Assembly (NCBI GenBank): GCA_050290185.1 | Contig: JBNKHE010000001.1 | Location: 66,713 to 130,712 of the forward strand | Origin: Pontiella sp. | GTDB taxonomy: Bacteria > Verrucomicrobiota > Kiritimatiellia > Kiritimatiellales > Pontiellaceae | Length of the DNA: 64,000 bases | Direction: 5' to 3' | Shown: piece after piece, positions 1 to 8,560 of the stretch | How positions within the stretch are numbered: position 1 is the first letter of the stretch | How the letters are laid out: the number at the start of each line of letters is the position of its first letter | The notes under the pieces: model-generated | The model's database searches: none | Told to the model about the DNA's origin: nothing | Seen by the model: the letters and a program-made list of their open reading frames with translations, nothing else | Made by a program: the position numbers and the translations under genes

Positions 1-457
1 TGCCCCGGGCCAAGCCGCTTACGATGGTAAAACCGACCTGTCCCAGCTGGTAGGCCATTCGATCAGCGGCGGAAAGACCGTAGTGGCTGGTCGACCGCGA
101 ACCGACTAGGGCCAGCGATTTCGCATCTTCGGGCAACATACCTCCGCGGATATACAACGCAAGCGGCGGATCATGAATGGTCTTGAGCGCATCCGGATAT
201 TCATCATCAAGCGGCGTTATGATGCGGGCACCGCACTCGGCCGCTTTTTTGATCTCCGCCCCGGCGTCGAGATCGTCACGCTGAACCATGATCTTCAGTG
301 CGAGTTTTTCCCCCACCCCGCGCGCTTGCATGAGCGCTTCGCGATCCGCTTCGAGAATCGCCTTGGGCGCACCCAGCGCATCGACCAAACGGCGGACGCT
401 CACTGGCCCCAGCCCCTCGATCATGTTTAAAACGATATATGCTTCTCGATCCTGCAT
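1..457 (-). CDS. dprA: DNA-processing protein DprA (5' part; runs off the window start)
   Basis: Manual translation from ATG at 457 gives MQDREAYIVLNMIEGLGP...YPDALKTIHDPPLALYIRG...LALVGSR...GFTIVSGLARG, with the hallmark DprA motifs. Not in the ORF track because it is truncated. Confidence 0.93.
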   Translation of the reverse strand, partial: MQDREAYIVLNMIEGLGPVSVRRLVDALGAPKAILEADREALMQARGVGEKLALKIMVQRDDLDAGAEIKKAAECGARIITPLDDEYPDALKTIHDPPLALYIRGGMLPEDAKSLALVGSRSTSHYGLSAADRMAYQLGQVGFTIVSGLARG

Positions 458-463
458 GTTATT

Positions 464-545
464 AAACACAAAGACTCAAAGGACACCAAGCATCACGAAG
501 AATCCGCTTTGTACATCTTCGAGGTCTTAGTGCCTTAGTGTTTTT
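464..545. repeat. Imperfect inverted repeat built of CACNAAG units
   Basis: Left arm has CACAAAG/CTCAAAG/CACCAAG/CACGAAG. The reverse complement of the right arm has CACTAAG/CACTAAG/CTCGAAG. Lies between aroB and dprA. Confidence 0.7.
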
Positions 546-1629
546 ATAATCCGTTCCAGATTTGTTCCATGAGTTCTTCAGGGATTTCGTTGCCGATGGA
601 AACGACACCGATTTTTGAGGCGAGCACGAACCTGGGCATGCCGCCCACGGTTTTCTTGTCGACCGACAGCGCGGCGCGCAGGTCCGTCCAGCTGTATTCC
701 GGCGCATTCACCGGAAGCCCCAGATCCGCAAATATCTTTTCGATCCGGTCGCAATCCGACTGCGACAAACCGGTCAGCGCCACCGAGGCGCGAGCGGCAA
801 AGACGGAACCGATAGCCACACCTTCGCCATGGACGTATTCGCCGTAGCCCGCCACCTTCTCCAGGGCGTGTCCGGCGGTATGGCCAAAATTCAGAATGGC
901 GCGCAATCCGCCTTCGCGTTCGTCCTGCGCCACGACATCGGCCTTGATTTCACAACAGCGGCCGACCACCTTGGCCAGCAGCTCTGCATTATCAACGTCG
1001 GCCAGCGGTCCGATATTGGCTTCGAGCATTTCAAAAAACGGCGCGTCGTAAATGATGCCGTACTTAACGACCTCGGCCAATCCAGCGCGATATTCGCGTG
1101 GCGGCAGGGTTTTAAGCGTTTCCAGATCGGCCAGCACCAGCTCCGGCTGGTAGAACGCGCCGACAAGGTTTTTGCCTTCCGGCAGGTTGATTCCTGTTTT
1201 CCCGCCGACGGAGCTGTCGACCATCGCCAGCAGCGAGGTCGGCACCTGCACAAACGGGATTCCCCTTAAATAGGTGGCGGCCACATAGCCGGCCAAATCG
1301 CCGATCACCCCGCCGCCAAGCGCCACGATGAACGAATGACGGTCAAGTCCGGCCTCGATGCAACGGCTGTACAGCTCGAAGACGCGATCCCCGCACTTGG
1401 TCTGCTCACCCGCCGGAAGCGTGGTCACGCAGGCCGAAACCCCGGAATTTTCCAGTGATTGAAGCACTGCTTTCGCATACAGATCGCCGACGTTTTCGTC
1501 GGTCACGATCAGACATTTCCCCTTCAGACCGGTTTCGGCGCAAAGTTCGCCAAGCCGCCCCAAAACACCCGCCCCGATATGGATCTGATAGGAGCGATCG
1601 CCTAGATTTACTGGTACGTCGTATAACAT
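544..1629 (-). CDS. aroB: 3-dehydroquinate synthase
   Basis: Motifs ALGGGVIGDLAG, VPTSLLAMVDSSVGGKTG, LNFGHT, HGEGV, DKK. Start placed at MLYDVPV. Confidence 0.97.
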   Translation of the reverse strand: MLYDVPVNLGDRSYQIHIGAGVLGRLGELCAETGLKGKCLIVTDENVGDLYAKAVLQSLENSGVSACVTTLPAGEQTKCGDRVFELYSRCIEAGLDRHSFIVALGGGVIGDLAGYVAATYLRGIPFVQVPTSLLAMVDSSVGGKTGINLPEGKNLVGAFYQPELVLADLETLKTLPPREYRAGLAEVVKYGIIYDAPFFEMLEANIGPLADVDNAELLAKVVGRCCEIKADVVAQDEREGGLRAILNFGHTAGHALEKVAGYGEYVHGEGVAIGSVFAARASVALTGLSQSDCDRIEKIFADLGLPVNAPEYSWTDLRAALSVDKKTVGGMPRFVLASKIGVVSIGNEIPEELMEQIWNGL

Positions 1630-1844
1630 AGCTCGGAGTGTGTAGGGGCTCGCAGGGGGGCAAGTCAAATGAATTCGTGTTGCGTATTTTTTATCATGTA
1701 TTGAATAAGCTTCTCCAGACCCTGCATTCCGAATTGAATGTACAATATTCCATAAGCAGTACTTTTTTCACATTTCAGAATTGATCTACAGAAGGACCCG
1801 TATATATTAGACCGCATTAGTATTATTTAACCAAGGAGACTGAA

Positions 1845-2009
1845 ATGAACGTTGATCAACATTTGAAGGTTGCACAGTGGCATATCGAACAGGCTCGCCT
1901 GCACGCTACGGTTGAAGGTGGACACAAATGCGGATGCCCGCTGAACGATGACTATTCAAAAATCATCGAGCAGGTTGAAACCGGCAACATTGTCGACGAA
2001 GGCCATTAG
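1845..2009 (+). CDS. Small 54-aa His/Cys-containing hypothetical protein
   Basis: RBS AAGGAG then ATG. MNVDQHLKVAQWHIEQARLHATVEGGHKCGCPLNDDYSKIIEQVETGNIVDEGH, followed by its own terminator. Below the ORF-track cutoff. Confidence 0.75.
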   Translation: MNVDQHLKVAQWHIEQARLHATVEGGHKCGCPLNDDYSKIIEQVETGNIVDEGH

Positions 2010-2032
2010 ACCCCGATCGCAGATCGAGTCTG

Positions 2033-2066
2033 AAAAGAACCGCCCTTACCGGCGGTTCTTTTTTTT
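2033..2066 (+). terminator. Intrinsic terminator
   Basis: AAAAGAACCGCC-cttacc-GGCGGTTCTTTT plus a T-run. Confidence 0.85.
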
Positions 2067-2146
2067 GTCTGCACATTTTACATTGTGATGACAATTTGCC
2101 CGTTCTCGCGAAATACACTACCCTCTTTAAAACATGGGGGTGTGGT

Positions 2147-3487
2147 ATGAAGACGGGGATGGTAGTTGCTTGCCTACTGGCAATTGCACAGGTTTGCGCG
2201 GCGGATGATCTGCAACAACGATACGAAAAGGCCTATTACCTTGAAACGGCCAAGGGGCAATCCACCAAGGCGGCAAAAATCTATAAATCGATTATCGACG
2301 AGGAAGTGACCGACCAAAACCGGGAGACGATCAAGAAGAGTCTGTTGCAGCTCCTGCACATTGCCACGAAGCACAAACAAACCAATACCATCAGGGAGTG
2401 CCAGGAAAAGTTGCTCGCGAATACCAATACCAGCATCCAGGACCTAGTCGATATTGCGGAACCGGGCACAACCATCCATATTCCATCAGGAACCTATACC
2501 AATACCCTTGTACTCGGAAAAAACCTGAAGCTGCAAGGCGCCGGTCTCGATACCACCATTCTGGAAGCCACCGCTGACCGGCCACTCATCCACATCCAGC
2601 CCAAGCTGAAGGTCGAAATCGAATCGCTCACCCTCAAGAGCCAACTTGAAACCAGCCATCGCGCCGATCCGCCGGAGTGTACCGTTTTGGCCGCCGACAC
2701 CACCGCAACCATCCATGACTGCGCCTTCATCGCGCTGGGCAACAACCAGCGCTCACCCGTGTCCGTTCTGGTTCAGGGGTTTTCCGAGATCCAATTGCTG
2801 GACTGCCGGTTCCAGGGTTTTGAATATCCGATGATATACAGCGACAGCTCCAAGGGTCTCGTCAAAGGGTGCATCGTCCTGAATCCGGGCCATTGCGGAT
2901 TCATCTCGCATCCGGGTTCTGAAGTAACCATCGAAGGCAACATCTTCAGCGGCTCGGGCTTCCACGGCGTACGCAGCACCGGCGGTACGATCCACCTGAA
3001 AGACAACCTGATCATCAACAACAAGAACCGTGGCGTTTATCTGGGCAACAAATCCGCCCATGGCGAAATTTCCAACAACGCCATCATCGGCAATGGAACA
3101 GGCATAAGCTGTTTCTCCTCCACCGAAGTTGAGATCGAAAACAACCTCATCCTCGACAACGCCCATACAGGGATGGATACACGCGGAAGCTGCCGGATTG
3201 AAGTGAGGGACAACATCATTGCCGGAAATGCAAAAACGGGATTTGCAGTGTACGAAGGCGAACACAACAAATTTAAAATCGGGAAGAATACCTTCTGGAA
3301 CAACGGCTTGCCCTCTACCGACTTTGACCTGCCCAGTTCCACCGTGGAGGAAGATCCCGTATTTTCCGATCCGGAACACGGCAACTATACCGTCGGCAAC
3401 TCCTCCGTCAGAAAAGCAAAACAGGGCCTCACCGACCCCGATATAATTGAAAGGCTATGGAAACAGTACAAGGAGACCAACCAATGA
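2147..3487 (+). CDS. Exported right-handed beta-helix (pectin-lyase-like/NosD-type) protein with N-terminal TPR-like module
   Basis: Signal peptide MKTGMVVACLLAIAQVCAA. Parallel beta-helix repeats (IEGNIFSG, ISNNAIIGN, IENNLILDN, VRDNIIAGN) and C-terminal DPVF. Confidence 0.8.
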   Translation: MKTGMVVACLLAIAQVCAADDLQQRYEKAYYLETAKGQSTKAAKIYKSIIDEEVTDQNRETIKKSLLQLLHIATKHKQTNTIRECQEKLLANTNTSIQDLVDIAEPGTTIHIPSGTYTNTLVLGKNLKLQGAGLDTTILEATADRPLIHIQPKLKVEIESLTLKSQLETSHRADPPECTVLAADTTATIHDCAFIALGNNQRSPVSVLVQGFSEIQLLDCRFQGFEYPMIYSDSSKGLVKGCIVLNPGHCGFISHPGSEVTIEGNIFSGSGFHGVRSTGGTIHLKDNLIINNKNRGVYLGNKSAHGEISNNAIIGNGTGISCFSSTEVEIENNLILDNAHTGMDTRGSCRIEVRDNIIAGNAKTGFAVYEGEHNKFKIGKNTFWNNGLPSTDFDLPSSTVEEDPVFSDPEHGNYTVGNSSVRKAKQGLTDPDIIERLWKQYKETNQ

Positions 3488-4176
3488 AAAAACTGCTCGT
3501 CACATTATTGCTAATCGCCATATCCGCGTCGGCACAGGATCTCCAGCAACTCTACGAAAAGGCCTATTTTATCGAGACAGCCAAAGGGCAGACGGAAGAG
3601 GCAATCCAGCTCTACAACCGCATTGTAACGGCCGCGGAGGCCGAAGAACAACTTCAGCCCGTCATACAATCATTGGAACGCTTACTGGTTTTGCGGCGCA
3701 GACAGAGTAGCCGAACAGTCCAGCAAAAGGTTGAAAGCTTTAACTTCAGGCCGCTCCTGCTCAGAGATCATATCATCAACACCTTTGGGATCCCTGAACG
3801 CTATGCGGCCGGCAACAGGGAGTACGAAGCGGATGAACTGCCGGAAACAGGATACACCATGTACTACCCCGAGGGATTCAGCGTTCAGGTTTCGGGCACC
3901 GCCCTGCACAACATCAGTTTTGACAAACCGGTTTACAGCGTAAAGGGCCTGACAATCGGTTCAGACGAGGAAGAGGTGCTGCGCACATTCCCCCCCGAAA
4001 AGACCATGGACTATTATTCACGGGCGGGGAATTGGGATGAACTAGGGACGTTATACACCAACATGGTTAAAACGAGTGATTACAAAAATTACATCACAAC
4101 CAACGGAATCGGCTTTTTCTTGACCAACGGGAAGGTCTTCAAAATGTCCATCAACTATTACCTTCTGAAAAAATAA
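3484..4176 (+). CDS. Exported hypothetical protein with N-terminal YEKAYFIETAKGQ module
   Basis: ATGA overlap with the upstream gene. Signal peptide MKKLLVTLLLIAISASA. Paralogous to the next gene. Confidence 0.85.
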   Translation: MKKLLVTLLLIAISASAQDLQQLYEKAYFIETAKGQTEEAIQLYNRIVTAAEAEEQLQPVIQSLERLLVLRRRQSSRTVQQKVESFNFRPLLLRDHIINTFGIPERYAAGNREYEADELPETGYTMYYPEGFSVQVSGTALHNISFDKPVYSVKGLTIGSDEEEVLRTFPPEKTMDYYSRAGNWDELGTLYTNMVKTSDYKNYITTNGIGFFLTNGKVFKMSINYYLLKK

Positions 4177-4252
4177 AACCCTGAATCATGAAGTTTAATC
4201 ACCGCTTCGGGATATTTCCAGTCCTGGAGGGAAACAACGAGGAACATAGCAT

Positions 4253-4942
4253 ATGAATAAACAATTCTGCATTTATGCCCTAGCCTTGCTCACTGTCTGC
4301 ACAACCTGTGCCGAAGACCTTTCGATGCTCTACGAAAAAGCATACTACCTTGAAACCGCCAAGGGGCAGACGGAAGAGGCGCTGGACATTTATCGGGAAA
4401 TCGCCTCCACCAAAGCCACTGACGAAAATCGCGCGACGATTCTTAAAACCCTAGAGCGAATGCTGACTTTGTACAGCACCGGCTCCTTGAAGGAGAAAAT
4501 CGACAGTTTCGACATGGAACACTCCGGCTTAAAGGCCGTGCTCCGCACCTTCGGAGAAGCACAACGCTACTTTTTCAAGAATACGGTCTACACCAAAGAC
4601 AACCTGCCCGACACCTATCTCATGGAATATGAAAAAGGCTTCAGCATCCTAATGCATGACGGCAATGTCGGGGAATTCAGGTTTGAAAAGGCACCAGCCT
4701 ATACAATCGCCGGAATTACGGTTGGAACCCCCAAGAAAGAGGTTTTCAAGGTTTTGGGGCAACCCCGAAAAACCGTAACCGGGAAGCAATGTACCTATGA
4801 AGAAGGCGTTCTCTATGAAAACAGCAAAGGATTCCCCAGCGGACATGCCTACTATGCAAAAAAAGGCCTGCGCCTGTTTTTCATGAATGAAAAAGTCTGC
4901 GCGCTATACGTGACCGACAACGCCCAGCTACGCGAAAACTAG
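4253..4942 (+). CDS. Exported hypothetical protein with N-terminal YEKAYYLETAKGQ module
   Basis: RBS GAGGA and a signal peptide. The C-terminal domain aligns by eye with the previous gene (TFG.P/A.RY, LP.T.Y.M.Y..GFS, G.T.G....EV). Confidence 0.85.
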   Translation: MNKQFCIYALALLTVCTTCAEDLSMLYEKAYYLETAKGQTEEALDIYREIASTKATDENRATILKTLERMLTLYSTGSLKEKIDSFDMEHSGLKAVLRTFGEAQRYFFKNTVYTKDNLPDTYLMEYEKGFSILMHDGNVGEFRFEKAPAYTIAGITVGTPKKEVFKVLGQPRKTVTGKQCTYEEGVLYENSKGFPSGHAYYAKKGLRLFFMNEKVCALYVTDNAQLREN

Positions 4943-4944
4943 TC

Positions 4945-6594
4945 ATGAACGCCCGCCTGTCCAAACTTCTTTCATGGGGGCTGATCGCCCTCGTGGGCGG
5001 GCTTTTCATTGCCACTTTCCTGCTCAACCAGAAGCAGTATACCGCATCGATTTCAACGGCGGAAGCCTCGCTTCGGCAAACGATGGTGCGGCAGGCGGAG
5101 GTATTGCGGCAGCAGCTTGACAAAGTAGAGTCCGATCTGTTCGCCCTCGCCCAAACGGATCGGATACTGGATGCCGATCTCTTTATTGTGCAGGACGACT
5201 GCGTGGTTCCCGCCTGCACGGCAGGACTGCTCGAAACCGTTCCCCGGCAAGCCGCGGATGCGGCATCGGAAAAAGGTATTGCGCTTCTTCCCAGCCCCGA
5301 AGCACTCCTCTATCTCCAAACAGCGGCTAAGCGCCCCATTGAAAACCCGGATGACCTGTACCGGAAAACCGCGGCCTTGCTCAACATGCTGGAACTGGAG
5401 CCGAATGTTCAGATGACCTGTTGCATACTGACCCTGCTTGGCCAAAGCGATCCAGCCCTCACGACAGCGCAACGCCGTTTTTTCCGGACCATGCTGGAAG
5501 AACAGATTGCCGATCCTGGTAAAATTGAAACACGCCTCCACGCCCTACGGGAAACCGCCGCGAAGATCGACCGCAACCTAACTCGCCGAAAAGGTGCCTA
5601 TCGGGATACGATCGACGGGAAAACCCTGTCGGTTACGAAAAACGGGCTGGCCCTTTTGTATTCGCCACACATGCAGGCTACCGCACCGGTCGAGCTTTCC
5701 ACCTCACCCCCGAACGGACTTCACCATGAAATCGTTCCCGGCCTGTTTGCGTCCATACCCGATACGGTTGTGGAACAGGCCAAGACCAACATCCGGCAAC
5801 AATACAAAACCGGCAACACAATCATCGGGCTCCTGCTCCTGCTTGGAACCGGATTGGCCTTCGGGCTTGTTGCGATGAATAGACGGCAACGCCAACTCGC
5901 GGCCATGCGCACCGAATTCATCGCCACCGTATCGCACGAACTGCGCACCCCGCTTTCACTCATCCGCCTCCATGCCGAAACCCTGAAGCACGGACGCATT
6001 CCCCAGAACAGAGTTGCCGACTACCACCAAACCATTCTCACCGAAGCCGAACGCCTGACGGGCATCGTCAACAACGTGCTGGATTTTTCCCGCATGGAAC
6101 GCAACAAGCTTCAAATCCATCCCGAACCCACCAACCTTTCCGCCCTCTGCGAACAAATCGTCGAGTCATTCCAAGACCGTCTGGAACAGGACGACTTCAA
6201 ACTGGAAAAGCAGGTCGAAACCGGAATCACCTGCATGACCGATCCCCTCGCCTTTTCGCAGATCGTGTTCAACCTGATGGACAATGCCATCAAATATTCC
6301 GACAACGAAAAAGTGATCCGCATCGAACTGACGAAAACCGGCGAGAGGAACACCCTTCGCGTTGCCGATTCGGGAATCGGAATTCCCGATAGGCTAAAAA
6401 AACACATCTTCGATGAATTCGTACGGTCGACCGATAGCAAGGTAACCGCACGGCGCGGTAGCGGAATCGGACTGAATGTCGTTCATCGCCTGCTGGACTT
6501 GATGGGCGGAACCATAGAAATTTCCGACAACCAGCCGAAAGGCTCTGTATTTACGGTTCAATTGGGGGATTGCAATGAAGCTACTGGTGGTTGA
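4945..6594 (+). CDS. Membrane sensor histidine kinase (HisKA + HATPase)
   Basis: Two TM segments; H-box VSHELRTPL; N-box NLMDNAIKY; G-boxes DSGIGI and GSGIGL. Confidence 0.95.
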   Translation: MNARLSKLLSWGLIALVGGLFIATFLLNQKQYTASISTAEASLRQTMVRQAEVLRQQLDKVESDLFALAQTDRILDADLFIVQDDCVVPACTAGLLETVPRQAADAASEKGIALLPSPEALLYLQTAAKRPIENPDDLYRKTAALLNMLELEPNVQMTCCILTLLGQSDPALTTAQRRFFRTMLEEQIADPGKIETRLHALRETAAKIDRNLTRRKGAYRDTIDGKTLSVTKNGLALLYSPHMQATAPVELSTSPPNGLHHEIVPGLFASIPDTVVEQAKTNIRQQYKTGNTIIGLLLLLGTGLAFGLVAMNRRQRQLAAMRTEFIATVSHELRTPLSLIRLHAETLKHGRIPQNRVADYHQTILTEAERLTGIVNNVLDFSRMERNKLQIHPEPTNLSALCEQIVESFQDRLEQDDFKLEKQVETGITCMTDPLAFSQIVFNLMDNAIKYSDNEKVIRIELTKTGERNTLRVADSGIGIPDRLKKHIFDEFVRSTDSKVTARRGSGIGLNVVHRLLDLMGGTIEISDNQPKGSVFTVQLGDCNEATGG

Positions 6595-7252
6595 CGACGA
6601 AAAGACAATGGCCGATGGTATTCGGGATAATCTCGAATTCGAGGGATACGAGGTCGACTGCGCCTACGGCGGACAGCAGGCGCTCGATTGCCTCAAGGGA
6701 AACAAATACGCCCTCCTCATCCTTGACATCATGATGCCCGGAATCGACGGATTCGAGGTGCTTTCCGCTCTCCGAAAAAACAACGACACCACACCCGTAA
6801 TTTTCCTCACCGCCCGCGCGGCCGAAGCCGACAAGCTGCGGGGATTCGGCCTGGGCATCGACGATTACGTAGTCAAGCCGTTCAGTGTTCTCGAACTAAT
6901 GGCCCGAGTGAAGGCCGTTCTCGGCCGGACGGCCCCCGGCTCAGACCTTAAACAGATCGACATCGGAAACGCCCGAATCGACTTTGCAAAGCTGACGGTT
7001 GAATCAGATGGAAAAATCGACGAGCTGAGCCGCTACGAAGCCGACATTCTGCGGTTGCTGGCTTCCGAGCCCGGACGCATCTTCTCGCGCGATGAACTTC
7101 TAGACCATATCTGGGGTGTAGAGGCCTTCCCTTCAAACCGGACAATCGACAACTATATCGTCAAGCTCCGCCAAAAACTGGAAGCCGACCCGAAAAATCC
7201 CCGCGTCCTCGTTTCCGTCTACGGAAAAGGCTACAAACTCGCAACGGACTGA
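6575..7252 (+). CDS. OmpR/PhoB-family response regulator
   Basis: LVVDDE, LDIMMPGIDG, FLTA, KPF; winged-helix RTIDNYIVKLRQKLE...VYGKGY. Confidence 0.96.
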   Translation: MKLLVVDDEKTMADGIRDNLEFEGYEVDCAYGGQQALDCLKGNKYALLILDIMMPGIDGFEVLSALRKNNDTTPVIFLTARAAEADKLRGFGLGIDDYVVKPFSVLELMARVKAVLGRTAPGSDLKQIDIGNARIDFAKLTVESDGKIDELSRYEADILRLLASEPGRIFSRDELLDHIWGVEAFPSNRTIDNYIVKLRQKLEADPKNPRVLVSVYGKGYKLATD

Positions 7253-8490
7253 AGCATTTGTTTGAGGTAGAGCGAACCGGCGATGACGACCAATCGGTCA
7301 GATTCGGCCGCCCAATCGCGGGCTGCGTTCCAAGCCACCGAAACCTCGGCGGGTGTTGCGTGGATTCCTGCAACGCGGGCCTGAGCGGCTGCGTGTTCGG
7401 CCGTGGTTCCGCGCGGGGCGTCGATGGCAATGGTCCAGGCTTTTGAAACCAACGGCTTGAGGATACGCAGGAATTCAACGGAGTCCTTGTCGTCAAGAAA
7501 GCCGAAGATAAAGCCGACCTGATGCTTTGGATAGTTTTCCTTGAGCGTCCTGATCAAGGCGCGGGCGGCGGAAGGATTGTGAGCGCCGTCGAGAATCATC
7601 AACGGATCATTGCCGATGATCTGAAAGCGCGCAGCCCATTGCGCCGACTCCAAGCCCTTTTTGAATTCCGGTTCAAAGTCGAGCATATCGGCCAGCACTT
7701 CGAGCGCGGTGACGACGACGGCGCAGTTTTCGCGCTGGCACTCGCCGAGCAACGGCAGGTTGACCGGCGGCAGATTGCGCGCGTGTGTTTCAATCTTGAG
7801 CTTCTGCGGATTTCCGACTTTCACAACGGACACCGCTTCGGAACTGCAAATAATGCGCTCGCCAGCCTTTTGCAGAACCGCCATCACGGCATCGGACTGC
7901 GGGGCGGAGACGACGGGACGCCCGGGCTTGATGATGCCGGCTTTTTCGGCGGCGATCTGTACAATGGTGTCACCGAGGAAATTCGTGTGGTCGATGTCGA
8001 TGTGCGTAATGACGGAAACGAGAGGGATTACGACGTTGGTTGCATCCCAGCGCCCACCCATGCCGGTTTCTATAATGGCGATATCGACGCCCTCATCGGC
8101 AAAATACTGGAACGCTATCGCGGTGGAGATCTCGAAAAAGGTGGCGCCGCGCAAGCCGGAGGACACCTCAACTTCGTCGGCGGTTTTTTCCATTTGCCGG
8201 ATATAGCCATCAAGACGATCTTCCGGAAGTTCAATTCCGTTGACGCGGAAACGTTCGGAGAAATCGATCATGTGCGGCGAGGTATACAAGCCGGTCTTGA
8301 ATCCTGAAGCGCGTAAAACGGATTCAAGCATGGCACACACGGAGCCTTTGCCATTGGTGCCGGCCACGTGGATTACCGCGAGCTTGCGATGCGGGTTTCC
8401 CAAGGCTTCGAGCAAGGCCGTTATGACATCCAGCCCCGGCTTGATGCCCTGCGTGGTGCGCTGAAAGAGCTTGTTATAGGATTCGCGCAT
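7231..8490 (-). CDS. folC: Folylpolyglutamate synthase/dihydrofolate synthase
   Basis: HVAGTNGKGS, YTSPH, ETGMGGRWDATN, DHT..LG, LDGAHN, GSLY. Confidence 0.96.
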   Translation of the reverse strand: MRESYNKLFQRTTQGIKPGLDVITALLEALGNPHRKLAVIHVAGTNGKGSVCAMLESVLRASGFKTGLYTSPHMIDFSERFRVNGIELPEDRLDGYIRQMEKTADEVEVSSGLRGATFFEISTAIAFQYFADEGVDIAIIETGMGGRWDATNVVIPLVSVITHIDIDHTNFLGDTIVQIAAEKAGIIKPGRPVVSAPQSDAVMAVLQKAGERIICSSEAVSVVKVGNPQKLKIETHARNLPPVNLPLLGECQRENCAVVVTALEVLADMLDFEPEFKKGLESAQWAARFQIIGNDPLMILDGAHNPSAARALIRTLKENYPKHQVGFIFGFLDDKDSVEFLRILKPLVSKAWTIAIDAPRGTTAEHAAAQARVAGIHATPAEVSVAWNAARDWAAESDRLVVIAGSLYLKQMLQSVASL

Positions 8491-8505
8491 GTAGGTGGTT
8501 CGTTC

Positions 8506-8554
8506 GCAACGAATGCAGGAAAAACAACGAATGCATTCCTCGGTTATTCGTTGC
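8506..8554. repeat. Short inverted repeat with internal direct repeats
   Basis: Terminal GCAACGAAT...ATTCGTTGC (perfect 9 bp); CAACGAATGCA occurs twice, 18 bp apart. Confidence 0.6.
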
Positions 8555-8560
8555 AGATCT

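Noticed and set aside
2221..4380. Three ~40-50 bp DNA repeats considered as a CRISPR or recombination array
   Set aside because: They are in-frame coding repeats of the shared protein module, with mostly synonymous differences and kilobase-scale spacing.
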